Source: Armatimonadota bacterium (GTDB lineage Bacteria; Armatimonadota; Chthonomonadetes; Chthonomonadales; JAMCWF01). Taken from it: 49,511 nucleotides of DNA. How positions within the stretch are numbered: position 1 is the stretch's first letter; each line of letters starts with the position of its first letter. Position numbers and translations under genes: made by a program. Below the pieces are notes generated by a model. It made no database searches and had not been told where the DNA came from. It saw only the letters and a list, made by a program, of their open reading frames with translations. The stretch covers positions 1 through 49,511 of the forward strand of contig JAMCWF010000021.1 of NCBI GenBank assembly GCA_023481295.1, written 5' to 3'. Below are positions 25,951-35,523 of this stretch, one piece after another.

Positions 25951-27960
25951 TCACTGGTTCCAGCCGAGCCGGCCGTTAATTGAGATCGAATAGGTGGCAT
26001 GGCGAGTGTACATCGCTATGACCGCCCACAGGGTCTCCACCACGAATTCACCCAAGATTACGCCCAGCGCCGCATTCCGCAATCGCTCATAGCCGGGCAA
26101 TCCGTAATAGCGCGTTACAAAAACCTTGATAAGAAGTACCACTACCAGTCCGAACCAGTAGTAATCGAGTCCGAAGTTCATCGCCAGCGCATATCCGGCC
26201 GGGTGGAACGGAAATCCAGGATAACGGAAGCGGATCATATCCAATACCATCACAACCAATAAGCCGGACAGTACCGCCGAGATCGCAACCGGATTGGGAG
26301 GTCGGCGGTTGTCAACCAAATCTGAGATGGTGCCGACCGTGCCGGTTCCAAATCCAGCCCCATATCCCCAGCTTCCGTAGCCGAAATGGTAGTTCAAATA
26401 AATACGGGTAAGATGGCCGACCACCACGCCCACCACCGTGGCCAGCAAGACGGCGGCGAAGATCAGCCACTGGCTGACGCCGCTGGATTCGCCCATCTTC
26501 ATCGACTCGAGTTGAGAGGGCATCGGATCGTCGCGGTGAATCCGGTTCATGAAGTAAAAGGTCGTCACCACCCGTGTGATGGTCGCTTCCGGCACCGTCT
26601 GAGTTCCGGCGAAATCCACGAACATCTGATTGGGACCCATGAAGGCCATTTCGTGGGATGGGGCTCCAAGCTGTGCGCGCAGCCTCGTCACCGCAATGGC
26701 GAACACCAGGTACAGAGCGATATAGACAACCACCAGCCAGAAAGCGAGGCCGATCGAGACGCCGATCCAACCCAACAGGGCGACGCTGGTGATTAAGCCG
26801 GAAAAGGCGGCGCGGTGTGAGATCTCCCCCTTACGGTGGACACCTCGTTTTATCTCATCCCAAACCTCGCGCAGATAGCTCCGTGCCACCCAGATCGCGC
26901 TGATAAACAGCCCGATGAACGCCCCCCAGGACTGCTCGCTAAGGTAGGGCGGTCCCGGAACCAGACCACCACCTCCGAAAACCCCCTGGTTGATGCCGAA
27001 TGCGGCCACCACCACCTGCTCCCCTTTTCTCACGAAGAAGAAAAAGATGCAGGAGAAGAGCAGGTCAGTCGGCATAAAGACGCCGATCGCTGCAATATAG
27101 GGGAAGATACCGATCGGCGTCCATCCCATTGAGTTCCAGGGCGGTGAGGGGAACCAGAGCGAAAGATCGCCCATAAAACGAACGTTGACCCATGGCACCG
27201 AAGGATAGAGAAAGTGGAAGCCGTTCAGCAGATCAATGGCCGCCATAATGATGAAGCCGCCCCAAACGTACCGGTTCTTCCAGAACGGAGATCGGCCGCC
27301 ACCGGCCATAAACGCCATCGGTAACTGGATGATTGGAAATGCCAGCTTTTCGCGCCGAGTCCATTGGTCTCTCATTAAGCTGTTGATGCAGAGCATCGAG
27401 TAGCAGACCAGCGAGACGATCGCGCTCCAGCCCAGCACCGGACGCCACCACATCCCCAAATGATGCAGGGTATAGGGAAGCGAGTACCCGCCCATCTCGA
27501 TCGCCCGCAGGTGCTTATCACTCTTGATATAGAGAAAGCTGGAGATGTAGGGCAAAACGTGGTTTTGAATAGTGGCGTCATTGCTGGCATTGATGGCGTA
27601 GGTCACGATATAGTTATTGATCATATCCATCCATTCCGATGACATCACGCAAACGACGGTTTGCATCACATAGAACACCACCAGCTCGCCTTCCGTAAAG
27701 GCCAGGCGGGGCGCAAATCGCTGCAGCAGTTTATTGATGAGGACGATCGCGAAGGTGATCATTACCGGTGGAACCATCAGCGAGAAGATTCGGTCCACCA
27801 CCTGTGCGGAAGCCCAATAAGTGCAGACCGGTGTGAGGATCAGAGCAAGCAGGATAACTCGAACATAGCGGAGTGGAGATGTGCGCCTGGCAATGACTTT
27901 TGCGGTCGGTTTCTCGGGTGCCTCAAGTACCGGCTTACCGGCCGGCTGGGGTGAAATCAC
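25951..27960 (-). CDS. large polytopic membrane protein of unknown function (about 14 predicted TM helices)
   Basis: 669 aa with GTG start and AAAGGAG 9 nt upstream. I recognise no catalytic or transporter signature motif. Confidence 0.6.
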   Translation of the reverse strand: MISPQPAGKPVLEAPEKPTAKVIARRTSPLRYVRVILLALILTPVCTYWASAQVVDRIFSLMVPPVMITFAIVLINKLLQRFAPRLAFTEGELVVFYVMQTVVCVMSSEWMDMINNYIVTYAINASNDATIQNHVLPYISSFLYIKSDKHLRAIEMGGYSLPYTLHHLGMWWRPVLGWSAIVSLVCYSMLCINSLMRDQWTRREKLAFPIIQLPMAFMAGGGRSPFWKNRYVWGGFIIMAAIDLLNGFHFLYPSVPWVNVRFMGDLSLWFPSPPWNSMGWTPIGIFPYIAAIGVFMPTDLLFSCIFFFFVRKGEQVVVAAFGINQGVFGGGGLVPGPPYLSEQSWGAFIGLFISAIWVARSYLREVWDEIKRGVHRKGEISHRAAFSGLITSVALLGWIGVSIGLAFWLVVVYIALYLVFAIAVTRLRAQLGAPSHEMAFMGPNQMFVDFAGTQTVPEATITRVVTTFYFMNRIHRDDPMPSQLESMKMGESSGVSQWLIFAAVLLATVVGVVVGHLTRIYLNYHFGYGSWGYGAGFGTGTVGTISDLVDNRRPPNPVAISAVLSGLLVVMVLDMIRFRYPGFPFHPAGYALAMNFGLDYYWFGLVVVLLIKVFVTRYYGLPGYERLRNAALGVILGEFVVETLWAVIAMYTRHATYSISINGRLGWNQ

Positions 27961-28117
27961 GCAGAGTGACTCCTTTCAATCCGTAGACTGAGATGGCTGG
28001 AATATTCGAGAATAAAGCCAAAAACTCCTATCTGATATTCATAATTGCCTTCGGATTTGTCACCCGGCGATGGTGGCGGCATCGATCAGAGGATAGTTCA
28101 TTCCACCGCTTAGGCTG

Positions 28118-28300
28118 GGATTGACAAATACGGTAATAGCCGCGGGTCGTCATTTCGGGGCCGCGAAGCGGAACCCGGAATCCAGAACCTCAGCACCCAT
28201 ACCGGTCGGTCGGCAGGGGACTGGATTCCCGCTTTCGCGGGAATGACGAAGTGTGGCGGGAATGGCGTAGCGGCGGCTTCCGGCGAGCTTTGCAACAACC
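28118..28300 (+). repeat. MITE-like modular palindromic repeat, copy E (best-preserved)
   Basis: Left terminus GATTGACAAATACGGTAATA. Left hairpin GGGTCGTCATTTCGGGGCCGCGAAGCGGAACCCGGAATCCAG (28144-28185). Right hairpin CTGGATTCCCGCTTTCGCGGGAATGACG (28221-28248) plus a partial duplicate. Right terminus TTTGCAACAACC (28289-28300). Confidence 0.7.
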
Positions 28301-28481
28301 GCTTAGGGATGATCTCCTGCAAAGAAAAAAAGCGTTCTAAAGAGATGAACTCTCAACAGAACACTTGCAATTCAGGTCACTCTCACCATCGCATTGGGGT
28401 ATACTCGTGGTAGTAAAATACAGCAGTTCCTTATGTTCGCTTCGAAAAAGATAAAAGGAAAGTAGTGCCGATGGCCTTACG

Positions 28482-29897
28482 ATGAACTCGATCATCGATA
28501 GTTGGACGAATGCAAAGGAAAACAGCAAGCGGCTCATCAAACAACTTGAGGATTGGTTTCATTTAGCTCATAAGCGGGGTGAAGAGGCTTATCTATTTGC
28601 TCTGACGTTGAAGTGGACAGCGCTCAGCATATTTGCCGGTTTGATGGCCGGCATCGGTTCCCGAATTTTTCTGTTCTTACTTTACTCCTTTTCCGATTAC
28701 TCGTCACAACACCGCTACTACTTTCTCTGTCTCCCCATCGTGCTGCCGTTCTGCATATTACTGGTAGATCGTTTTGCGCCCAAGATGCGCGGTCGGCTGG
28801 AAGGCACCGAGGTGGTGTTCTATGTGATGCAAAAGGTGTACGGCGAAATGGATACCTCAGCCGTCCCCATTAATTTGACCAACTCAATCCTTACCGTCGC
28901 AGCCGGCGGTTCGGTCGGCAAAGAGGGACCTTGTGCGTTGATCGGTGCTGCCTTGGCAAGCCTGGCCGCCCGCTTTCTAAAATTTTCGAAGGATGATGCC
29001 CGAACCTTTGCCATCTGCGGCATCAGCGGAGGCTTTGCGGCCGTATTCGGCCTGCCCATTGCGGGTGCCATGTTTGGGATCGAAGCGCTCTACGTCGGTG
29101 CCATCGAGTACAGCGTCCTTTTCCCCTGTGTAGTCTCCGGCATTATCGCCCATCTAGTCTGCTTTCAGAATCCGCTCGGAATGCCGACAAGGCTACCCAT
29201 TTTACATGAAGGCGCCCTGAAATTTTTGGGCATTTCGCTGGTTATGGGAGTCATTTTCGGGCTGGTCGCGATTTTACTGGTTGAGATGATGAACCTAATA
29301 AAGCAGCTTGTTAAGCCATTGACCAATCACCCCTACCTCCTCGCGTTCACCGGCGGTTGTGTGCTGGCCGCGATTTATATGATTGCCGACCCTGAATACG
29401 CCGGTCTTGGGATACCGACGATCACGCTGGCGCTGACCGGAGGCAAAATATTTATACTCGCTTTTCTTATCAAAATGGCGGTAACCTCCGTGACACTCGG
29501 TACCGGTGGCAGCGGGGGGATTGTAACCCCCCTTTTTTTCATCGGGGCAACCTGCGGATCGGTGGTGGCGAGATGGTTTCACATCCCGGTGGAGTACGGC
29601 GCTCTGTTTGGGCTGGTCGGCGTACTATCGGGCGCAACCAACACGCCGATCGCCTCAATGGTTATGGCGGTATCGATGGTGCCGGGCTTAAGGGTGGAAT
29701 CGGCGCTGGTCGTATGCACTGCGTTCTTGATCAGCGGGAATCGCAGTGTGATTGGGGCGCAGCGGATCGTTCGCTCGAAATTGAAGCCCGCTTCGCTCCA
29801 TCCCGAAGCGACAGTCGGCTCGATATTTGCTCAACGGAAAAGCGGTTGGAAGGCCGCGGGGCGATGGTCACGCGGTCCGGGACGGCCGAAGCATTAA
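28482..29897 (+). CDS. ClC-family voltage-gated chloride channel/antiporter
   Basis: GSVGKEGP selectivity-filter motif, GLPIAGAMFGIEAL and GGIVTPLFFIGA, with 10 or more TM helices. Confidence 0.75.
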   Translation: MNSIIDSWTNAKENSKRLIKQLEDWFHLAHKRGEEAYLFALTLKWTALSIFAGLMAGIGSRIFLFLLYSFSDYSSQHRYYFLCLPIVLPFCILLVDRFAPKMRGRLEGTEVVFYVMQKVYGEMDTSAVPINLTNSILTVAAGGSVGKEGPCALIGAALASLAARFLKFSKDDARTFAICGISGGFAAVFGLPIAGAMFGIEALYVGAIEYSVLFPCVVSGIIAHLVCFQNPLGMPTRLPILHEGALKFLGISLVMGVIFGLVAILLVEMMNLIKQLVKPLTNHPYLLAFTGGCVLAAIYMIADPEYAGLGIPTITLALTGGKIFILAFLIKMAVTSVTLGTGGSGGIVTPLFFIGATCGSVVARWFHIPVEYGALFGLVGVLSGATNTPIASMVMAVSMVPGLRVESALVVCTAFLISGNRSVIGAQRIVRSKLKPASLHPEATVGSIFAQRKSGWKAAGRWSRGPGRPKH

Positions 29898-29985
29898 AGA
29901 AGATTGGGCGCGATGGTGCTTGCGCCCGCAAAAATACCGCCAGACGACTTGGTGCGCCGGCGGAAATGACCGGAGAGGAAATTTA

Positions 29986-30058
<73 letters not shown>

Positions 30059-30146
30059 CCGACTTCCGATCGTTCGTGCAATTCTCAGCACCGATGATAC
30101 CCCGATGGAGCAGAAAAATCAATCGGCTGTTAACGAGAAAGCGGGC

Positions 30147-31172
30147 TTAACGGGCTATGCGGCGCGTGTGCTGTTCGGTGAAAGCGGTTACTACCGCATG
30201 ATCAAACTGGTTCCCTACGTTGTTTTGCAGCTCTTTCAGAGCCTCAGCCGGTGATCGCCGCGGGCGGTAGATGCGGTCGGTGGTCATCGTATCATAGGCA
30301 TCGGCCACTGCAATGATGCGGGATAGGAGTGGGATGGATTCTCCGCGCAGCCCATCCGGATAACCGCTTCCATCCATCCATTCGTGGTGGTGACGCACGA
30401 CATCCGCTACGTAAGCGAGCTCTCGAACCTGGCCCACAATTTCAGCGCCTTGTATCGCGTGTTGCCGCATCATCTCCCACTCCTCCTCATTTAATTTACC
30501 GGCCTTATTGAGCACCGAATCGGGGGTGCCGATTTTTCCAACGTCGTGGACATAGGCGGCCAGGTCCAGAATGTTGCGCTCAGAAGCCGGCAGGTGGAGC
30601 CCCTCCGAAATGATGCGGGACAGGTTCGCCACCCGTCGCGAATGCTCGGCCGTATTGCTCTCTTTGGCGTCAATGGCGGCCGCCAATGCCTGTACCGCTC
30701 GGTACATCACCCGGCTGTTTTGCTCCACCACCCGCAATCTTTCCAGGCGGTGCCGCTCCAGATTTCGCTCCACCACGATTGGAATGGTCTCCACCTGAAA
30801 CGGTTTGGTGATGTAGTCGGAGGCGCCTTCCCGAATCGCGTTTCGCGCCATCGATGCCTGCCCATAACCGGTGATGAGCACGACCGGTGTGTCCATGTGG
30901 ATTTTCGACAAGTAGCTTGAGAGGGATATGCCGTCCATGCCGGGCATACGAATGTCGGATAAAACGAGGTCGAAAAATGAGACGCGCAGCTTTGCGATGG
31001 CATCTTGAGCATTGGAGGCCGATTCCACTTCATAACCGGCCTCCGAAAGGACGGTAACCAGCAGTTCCCGTACCCAATTATCATCGTCGACGACCAGTAC
31101 CCGGGTTTTGTATGAGCTGGCCGGCGATTGATGGATAATCGCCTCAGTGTGCACCGAATCGGACTCGGACAT
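30147..31172 (-). CDS. response-regulator receiver + HD-GYP domain protein (putative c-di-GMP phosphodiesterase)
   Basis: Receiver motifs VLVVDDD and SDIRMPGMDG. HD-GYP motifs HDVGKIG and HHEWMDGSGYPDG. Confidence 0.8.
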   Translation of the reverse strand: MSESDSVHTEAIIHQSPASSYKTRVLVVDDDNWVRELLVTVLSEAGYEVESASNAQDAIAKLRVSFFDLVLSDIRMPGMDGISLSSYLSKIHMDTPVVLITGYGQASMARNAIREGASDYITKPFQVETIPIVVERNLERHRLERLRVVEQNSRVMYRAVQALAAAIDAKESNTAEHSRRVANLSRIISEGLHLPASERNILDLAAYVHDVGKIGTPDSVLNKAGKLNEEEWEMMRQHAIQGAEIVGQVRELAYVADVVRHHHEWMDGSGYPDGLRGESIPLLSRIIAVADAYDTMTTDRIYRPRRSPAEALKELQNNVGNQFDHAVVTAFTEQHTRRIAR

Positions 31173-31408
31173 CCTCTGCCTCCCGCCGTATGATACGACC
31201 CATCACGGGATTGTAAAGCACTATCGGCTACCTTCTGCTTGTCGCAGTTTTGATATCATCGAATAGATTTTCCACCTGTAATGTTCGATAGGTTTACCTA
31301 ATTTCCTGCAAAATGCACTGGGAATTGAACGAGTTCCAGGGGAGCAGGAATTCTGGGGGCATATCACGAAGTTAAAACCGACTACAAGTGTCGGCAGGAG
31401 GTTTAACC

Positions 31409-32038
31409 ATGGATTTCGACCGTGTCCAGGAGTACGTGATCTCGCTGGTTCCGCCCCGAGCGCCGGTTCTCCAGGAGATGGAGAGGGTGGGTGACGAAAC
31501 CAACTTTCCCATTGTGGGGCCGCCCTCTGGCCAACTCTGTTATCTGCTGGCTCGTGCTAACGGAGCGCGGCGCGTGTTTGAGTTGGGTTCCGGTTACGGC
31601 TACTCCACCGCCTGGTTCTGCCGCGCGGTGAAAGAGAACGGCGGCGGAGAGGTCTATCACGTGGTCTGGAGCGATGAGCTTTCGTCCAAGGCGAGAAAGT
31701 ATCTCGGTGATATGGGCTATTCGGATTTGGTTCATTTCCGCGTCAGTGAGGCAATTGCCGCTCTGAAAGAGGCTACCGGGCTATTCGATCTGATTTTCAA
31801 TGATATCAATAAAGACGGTTACCCCGAAAGTTTGCCGGTGATCAAACAGAAGTTGCGCTCGGGTGGGCTGCTCATCGTTGATAACATGTTGATGAGCGGC
31901 GCCATTTTCAATCCGGAGGATCGCTCGGCTGCCAATGAAGGGGTCCGTAAGTTCACCGCCGATATTACTCAAGACCCTGATTTTATTGTCTCATTGGTGC
32001 CGATACGTGACGGATTGATCGTCGCCTATCGCCGGTAG
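31409..32038 (+). CDS. class I SAM-dependent O-methyltransferase (caffeoyl-CoA OMT-like family 3)
   Basis: VFELGSGYGYST SAM motif and DLIFNDINKDGYP. The ATG at 31409 lies 7 nt after AGGAGG. Confidence 0.7.
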   Translation: MDFDRVQEYVISLVPPRAPVLQEMERVGDETNFPIVGPPSGQLCYLLARANGARRVFELGSGYGYSTAWFCRAVKENGGGEVYHVVWSDELSSKARKYLGDMGYSDLVHFRVSEAIAALKEATGLFDLIFNDINKDGYPESLPVIKQKLRSGGLLIVDNMLMSGAIFNPEDRSAANEGVRKFTADITQDPDFIVSLVPIRDGLIVAYRR

Positions 32039-32098
32039 GAAGTAACAGTTCAGTTTTACGGGATTCATACTCGATTACACAACCCACTCCCACCCCAA

Positions 32099-32169
32099 CC
32101 CTCCCCCTCATATGGGGAGGGGGAATAGATTGTCCGCGCGCGAGATCCTTCCCCCTTCCAGGGGGAAGG
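32099..32169 (+). repeat. G/C-run hairpin repeat cluster sharing a 40-nt module with copy A
   Basis: Two hairpins are present: CCCCCTC/GAGGGGG (32103-32123) and a perfect 10-bp CCTTCCCCCT-tcc-AGGGGGAAGG (32147-32169). Segment 32117-32156 is near-identical to 1571-1610. Confidence 0.6.
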
Positions 32170-32311
32170 ATAGGATGGGGGTGATGCTCCCGTCACCAAA
32201 CAAGATTCCCGTTAAACTGAACTCATACGGTAGGAAACAGAGCGTTGGAATGGGGCGGAAATGAGGTAAACTACTATTCAATCGCATAAGAGATTCGCCT
32301 GACCATCTCGT

Positions 32312-32495
32312 CAGCGAAGGGCCCGCCGAAGACAGTTGGTGTTTCGGGAAGGAAACTTAATTCCGGCAAAGCCGGAACCAGCCGAGGATGGATGCTTCGC
32401 CAGCGTGAAAAGTGCCCCGATTATACGGTGTCGCACTTCGATTCGTTGGCTTGAGAGGAATCCCGTCTTTTGGCGGCGATTCCTCTTTTGCATTT
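32312..32495 (+). promoter_or_regulatory. ribosomal protein L10 (rplJ) leader-like structured 5' UTR with attenuator
   Basis: Closing stem GCGAAG (32314)/CTTCGC (32395). The GACAGTTGGTG...CCGAGGA elements resemble the L10(L12)4 binding-site mimic. A terminator hairpin follows, directly upstream of rplJ. Confidence 0.5.
32454..32495 (+). terminator. intrinsic terminator/attenuator within the rplJ leader
   Basis: AGAGGAATC (32454-32462) pairs with GATTCCTCT (32478-32486), followed by TTTGCATTT. Confidence 0.5.
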
Positions 32496-32523
32496 CAGTA
32501 TCCCGATGGAAAGGAGGTGAAAT

Positions 32524-33060
32524 ATGAGGCATACACCCAACCCCCAAAAAGTCAGCGATGTCGCCGAATTAAGCGATCTATATCAAAATTCGATCGGCGG
32601 TATTTTAACCAACTATCGCGGCCTGACGGTAGCCGAGATGACTCAATTGCGGGCGAAGCTCCGTGAACAAAACAGCGAGCTTCACGTGGTTAAAAACACG
32701 CTGTTTCGGCTCGCAATGGGCGATGAAATGGGAGCGGAGCTGGACCGGCAGTTAAACGGTCCCACAGCAATCGCCTTCATTCACGATGACGTGGTCGGTG
32801 TTGCGAAGGCGCTGTTGGAGTATCTGCGAAACGTACGTAAGCCGGATGTGATCGTAAAGGGTGCCTATCTCGGCGATCGTTTCTTTAGCCCGGATGAGGT
32901 GACGACCATTTCCAAAATCCCGCCCAAACCGGTCGTATTGGGAGAACTGGTGGGGCTGCTGCAGGCGCCGATCGGGAATTTGGTCTCGCTGCTTGGGGCT
33001 GCGCCGAGTGAGCTCACCCGCATCCTGCAGGCTCAGATTGACAAACAGCAGGCCGCATGA
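32524..33060 (+). CDS. rplJ: 50S ribosomal protein L10
   Basis: 178 aa with the LHVVKNTLFRLA motif and AAGGAGG SD. Confidence 0.9.
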   Translation: MRHTPNPQKVSDVAELSDLYQNSIGGILTNYRGLTVAEMTQLRAKLREQNSELHVVKNTLFRLAMGDEMGAELDRQLNGPTAIAFIHDDVVGVAKALLEYLRNVRKPDVIVKGAYLGDRFFSPDEVTTISKIPPKPVVLGELVGLLQAPIGNLVSLLGAAPSELTRILQAQIDKQQAA

Positions 33061-33124
33061 GCATGCCCAATGTACCGTTTATGAACGGGAAAATCATTTA
33101 TTTTAAGAGGAGATACGATATCCA

Positions 33125-33511
33125 ATGGCTTCAGCAATTGAAGAGATCATTGACAAGCTCGAAAAGTTAAACATCCTCGAGCTGGTTGAGTTAAACAAGG
33201 CGCTCCAGGAGAAGTGGGGGGTTTCCGCCGCACCGGTGGCGGTGGCTGCCTCAGCGGCCGCGCCCGTTGCCGCAGCGGAGGCGCCGCAAGAAGAGGAAAA
33301 GACCTCTTTCGATGTTATTTTGACGGCAGCCGGTGCCAAGAAGATCCAGGTCATCAAGGTGGTTCGTGAGGTAACGAGCCTCGGGTTGAAAGAGGCCAAA
33401 GACCTGGTGGAGGGCGCTCCACAGCCGGTGAAGCAGGGCATTCCGAAGGAGGAGGCAGAGCAGCTTAAGAAGAAGTTGGAGGATGAAGGCGCCACCGCCG
33501 AGATCAAGTAG
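33125..33511 (+). CDS. rplL: 50S ribosomal protein L7/L12
   Basis: 128 aa with an N-terminal dimerisation helix, an Ala/Pro hinge and a C-terminal [19 protein letters not shown] domain. Confidence 0.95.
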   Translation: MASAIEEIIDKLEKLNILELVELNKALQEKWGVSAAPVAVAASAAAPVAAAEAPQEEEKTSFDVILTAAGAKKIQVIKVVREVTSLGLKEAKDLVEGAPQPVKQGIPKEEAEQLKKKLEDEGATAEIK

Positions 33512-33541
33512 TGATTCGCTCAATACGACTTTGAACCGAAC

Positions 33542-33578
33542 AATCCCCCCTAACTGACTCTGGTTGAGGGGGGATTTT
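33542..33578. terminator. intrinsic terminator after rplL, possibly bidirectional (convergent gene follows)
   Basis: AATCCCCCC (33542-33550) pairs with GGGGGGATT (33568-33576), then TT. Confidence 0.6.
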
Positions 33579-33594
33579 GGTCGATGAGGCCGTT

Positions 33595-34323
33595 TTAGAC
33601 CTTAAAGAGCGAATCCGGCATGGGAATGTTGACCTTGATGTTCTTGTACTCAGTGATGGCGGCCACAGCGTCCTCCGCATTTCGCACCTCAATGCGGGTC
33701 GGGAACCAGATGCCTGAAGCCACCTCCTTGATATCCTTGAAGTAGTAGATTGCTTGCAGCTTTCCCTCCTGACTGTACGCCTCGTGCTTTAATATGACCT
33801 TCGTTTTTGGATCAACATAAAGTATGTGATGGGCAGTATCGGAGCGATCCCGATAAGTCACATCGAAGATATCGACCGGCCTGCCGTTCAGCATGCCCTG
33901 GCGGATGAATCGAGCGTTCGTATAAGTTAAATAGAAGTTGGAGATTAAACCAACGTCGAGCAGTGATTTTTGTTTGCCCGGTTCATCACCAAAATTGCGC
34001 ATCGTATGAATGAAGCCGATGGCAACCCGCTGGGTCGTTCCGTTCATAATGTACACTCCGGAAGCGCCGCCGACCTGACCTTCGATACGAATTCGATTCG
34101 GCTCTTTGTAATGAACGGTAAGGTTGTGAAAGCGGTAGAGCATCCCGAAATCTTTTCCGATTTTAGCAAGTTGGCTTTGGTCAGATCGGATTACCTTAAT
34201 ATGGGCGCTGAAATCGGTCAACGGAGTCACAAATTCATGGAGGTTCGGCTCCGCATTGGCGTTTACCCACTGCAAGCTTCCCGCCAGGGCAACCATTACG
34301 GCAGCCACTTTCGCAATTCGCAT
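33595..34323 (-). CDS. LolA-fold / outer-membrane lipoprotein-sorting-like secreted protein
   Basis: I chose the ATG at 34323 (AAGGAG upstream), which gives the signal peptide MRIAKVAAVMVALAGSLQWVNANA. The mature part is beta-rich. The family call is tentative. Confidence 0.5.
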   Translation of the reverse strand: MRIAKVAAVMVALAGSLQWVNANAEPNLHEFVTPLTDFSAHIKVIRSDQSQLAKIGKDFGMLYRFHNLTVHYKEPNRIRIEGQVGGASGVYIMNGTTQRVAIGFIHTMRNFGDEPGKQKSLLDVGLISNFYLTYTNARFIRQGMLNGRPVDIFDVTYRDRSDTAHHILYVDPKTKVILKHEAYSQEGKLQAIYYFKDIKEVASGIWFPTRIEVRNAEDAVAAITEYKNIKVNIPMPDSLFKV

Positions 34324-34746
34324 TCGATGCTTCTCCTTTATCGTCCGGGTCATTCCTGAACAATGATGACACCGGCGTATCGTTATTAAGATTGGACGTT
34401 GAAATGAGTGCTCTGTTGCAAGCAAAGATCTCATTGGATGCGGGAGCGTGCGCTATGCCGGTGTCATCACCGACGCTTTCACCGAACAAGCTTTTCGCCG
34501 GCCGGAGTAACTCCCTTCTTCCACTATTTGGAATACCCGGATCGCCGGTCAATCGGTTCCCAGCGGTGACTCGGGCAGGATGAAATGGTACCCGAAACGA
34601 TCGGACGTGGCAAGCAGAGCGAACCTGCGGAGTATGCCGCTGGCTTCCCATCATCTCGGCACTGACGAACCGACCACCCGCTCGGATCGAATGGCCTAAT
34701 TTAACTCCGGGACCGACGGTGTCAATTTAATCAATCGCAATATCTA

Positions 34747-34775
34747 TTGCGCAAAGTTGAATTATCCATTATAAT
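34747..34775 (+). promoter_or_regulatory. candidate sigma70 promoter TTGCGC-17 nt-TATAAT upstream of the ECF sigma operon
   Basis: Hexamers at 34747-34752 and 34770-34775 in an AT-rich spacer. Confidence 0.35.
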
Positions 34776-34902
34776 ATTATTGTATCAATACAGATCATCG
34801 ATGAACTAAACCAGCAGGCATTGCGTCTAAAAAAATATGGAATGACCGATTAGGAGCCGTTATCCGCCGAAAAATCGGTTCATCGAAACGGAGGCACCAA
34901 AG

Positions 34903-35499
34903 GTGATCGGTGTGGCCAGTGCCGAAGCATCTCTTATCCTTCGCTGCAAGGAAAATGATGAGGCGGCATTCAATGAGATCGTGGAGCGGCATAAAGTCAA
35001 ACTCTATACCTACATCCTGCGAATGGTCGGTAACTCGCAGGATGCGGAGGATCTCGCACAGGAGGCTTTCGTTCGCGCCTATCTTTCGATTAAGTCGTTT
35101 GAGGGGCGTGCGAGCCTTACAACCTGGCTGTTTCGAATTGCGACCAACCTGTGCATTGACCGAGCCAGGCGCTCCAGTACGCGCCAGGTGATCCAAACCA
35201 CCTCATTGGATGATGTGGATGAAAACGGCACTCCGTATACCGGCGATTTGCCGGATGGGCGATATGAACCCCAAGATCGTGTGTTGCAGGATGAGTTGAA
35301 AACTGAGTTGGAGGCTGCCATCAGCCGGCTTCCGGAGAAATTACGGATGGTAATCCTGCTTCACGATCTGGAGGGCCTGCAGTACGACGAGATTGCCGAA
35401 GTGCTGCATTGTCCGTTGGGAACGGTCAAATCTCGAATTTTTAGTGCGCGGCAAGCGCTGCGCGAACAGCTTTCAAATTATCTATATGGCTCGGTTTAG
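34903..35499 (+). CDS. ECF-type RNA polymerase sigma factor (sigma-70 family group 4)
   Basis: Region 2 (DAEDLAQEAFVRAY) and region 4 (LQYDEIAEVLHCPLGTVKSRIFSAR). The GTG start lies 8 nt after GGAGG. Confidence 0.85.
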   Translation: MIGVASAEASLILRCKENDEAAFNEIVERHKVKLYTYILRMVGNSQDAEDLAQEAFVRAYLSIKSFEGRASLTTWLFRIATNLCIDRARRSSTRQVIQTTSLDDVDENGTPYTGDLPDGRYEPQDRVLQDELKTELEAAISRLPEKLRMVILLHDLEGLQYDEIAEVLHCPLGTVKSRIFSARQALREQLSNYLYGSV

Positions 35500-35523
35500 G
35501 CCGAGCGGGATGGTGATGAGAAA

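Noticed and set aside
28064-28112. Possible fluoride (crcB-motif) riboswitch upstream of the ClC gene: GGCGATGGTGG ... TTCCACCGC
   Set aside because: The GGCGATGG start and a possible pseudoknot partner (CCACC) are present. The P1 closing strand (CGCC right after the loop) and the conserved CUGAUGA/CCUAC-like 3' segment are missing. The candidate also lies about 370 nt from the start codon with a repeat element in between. A cmscan with the Rfam fluoride model would settle it.
28110-28322. Small ORFs 28110-28322, 7197-7394, 11792-11995, 16958-17245 and 1224-1655 with recurring peptide strings (SRPRNDDP, IPAKAGIQ, FFNNHL)
   Set aside because: The shared peptides are translations of the MITE-like hairpin repeats in different orientations. 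They are not conserved proteins.
34826-34866. ECF-type autoregulatory promoter (GGAAT ... CGTT) upstream of the ECF sigma gene
   Set aside because: The spacing between the GGAAT and CGTT elements is only about 14 nt, whereas roughly 16-17 nt is expected, and the match is weak. I kept only the sigma70-like TTGCGC-17-TATAAT candidate.
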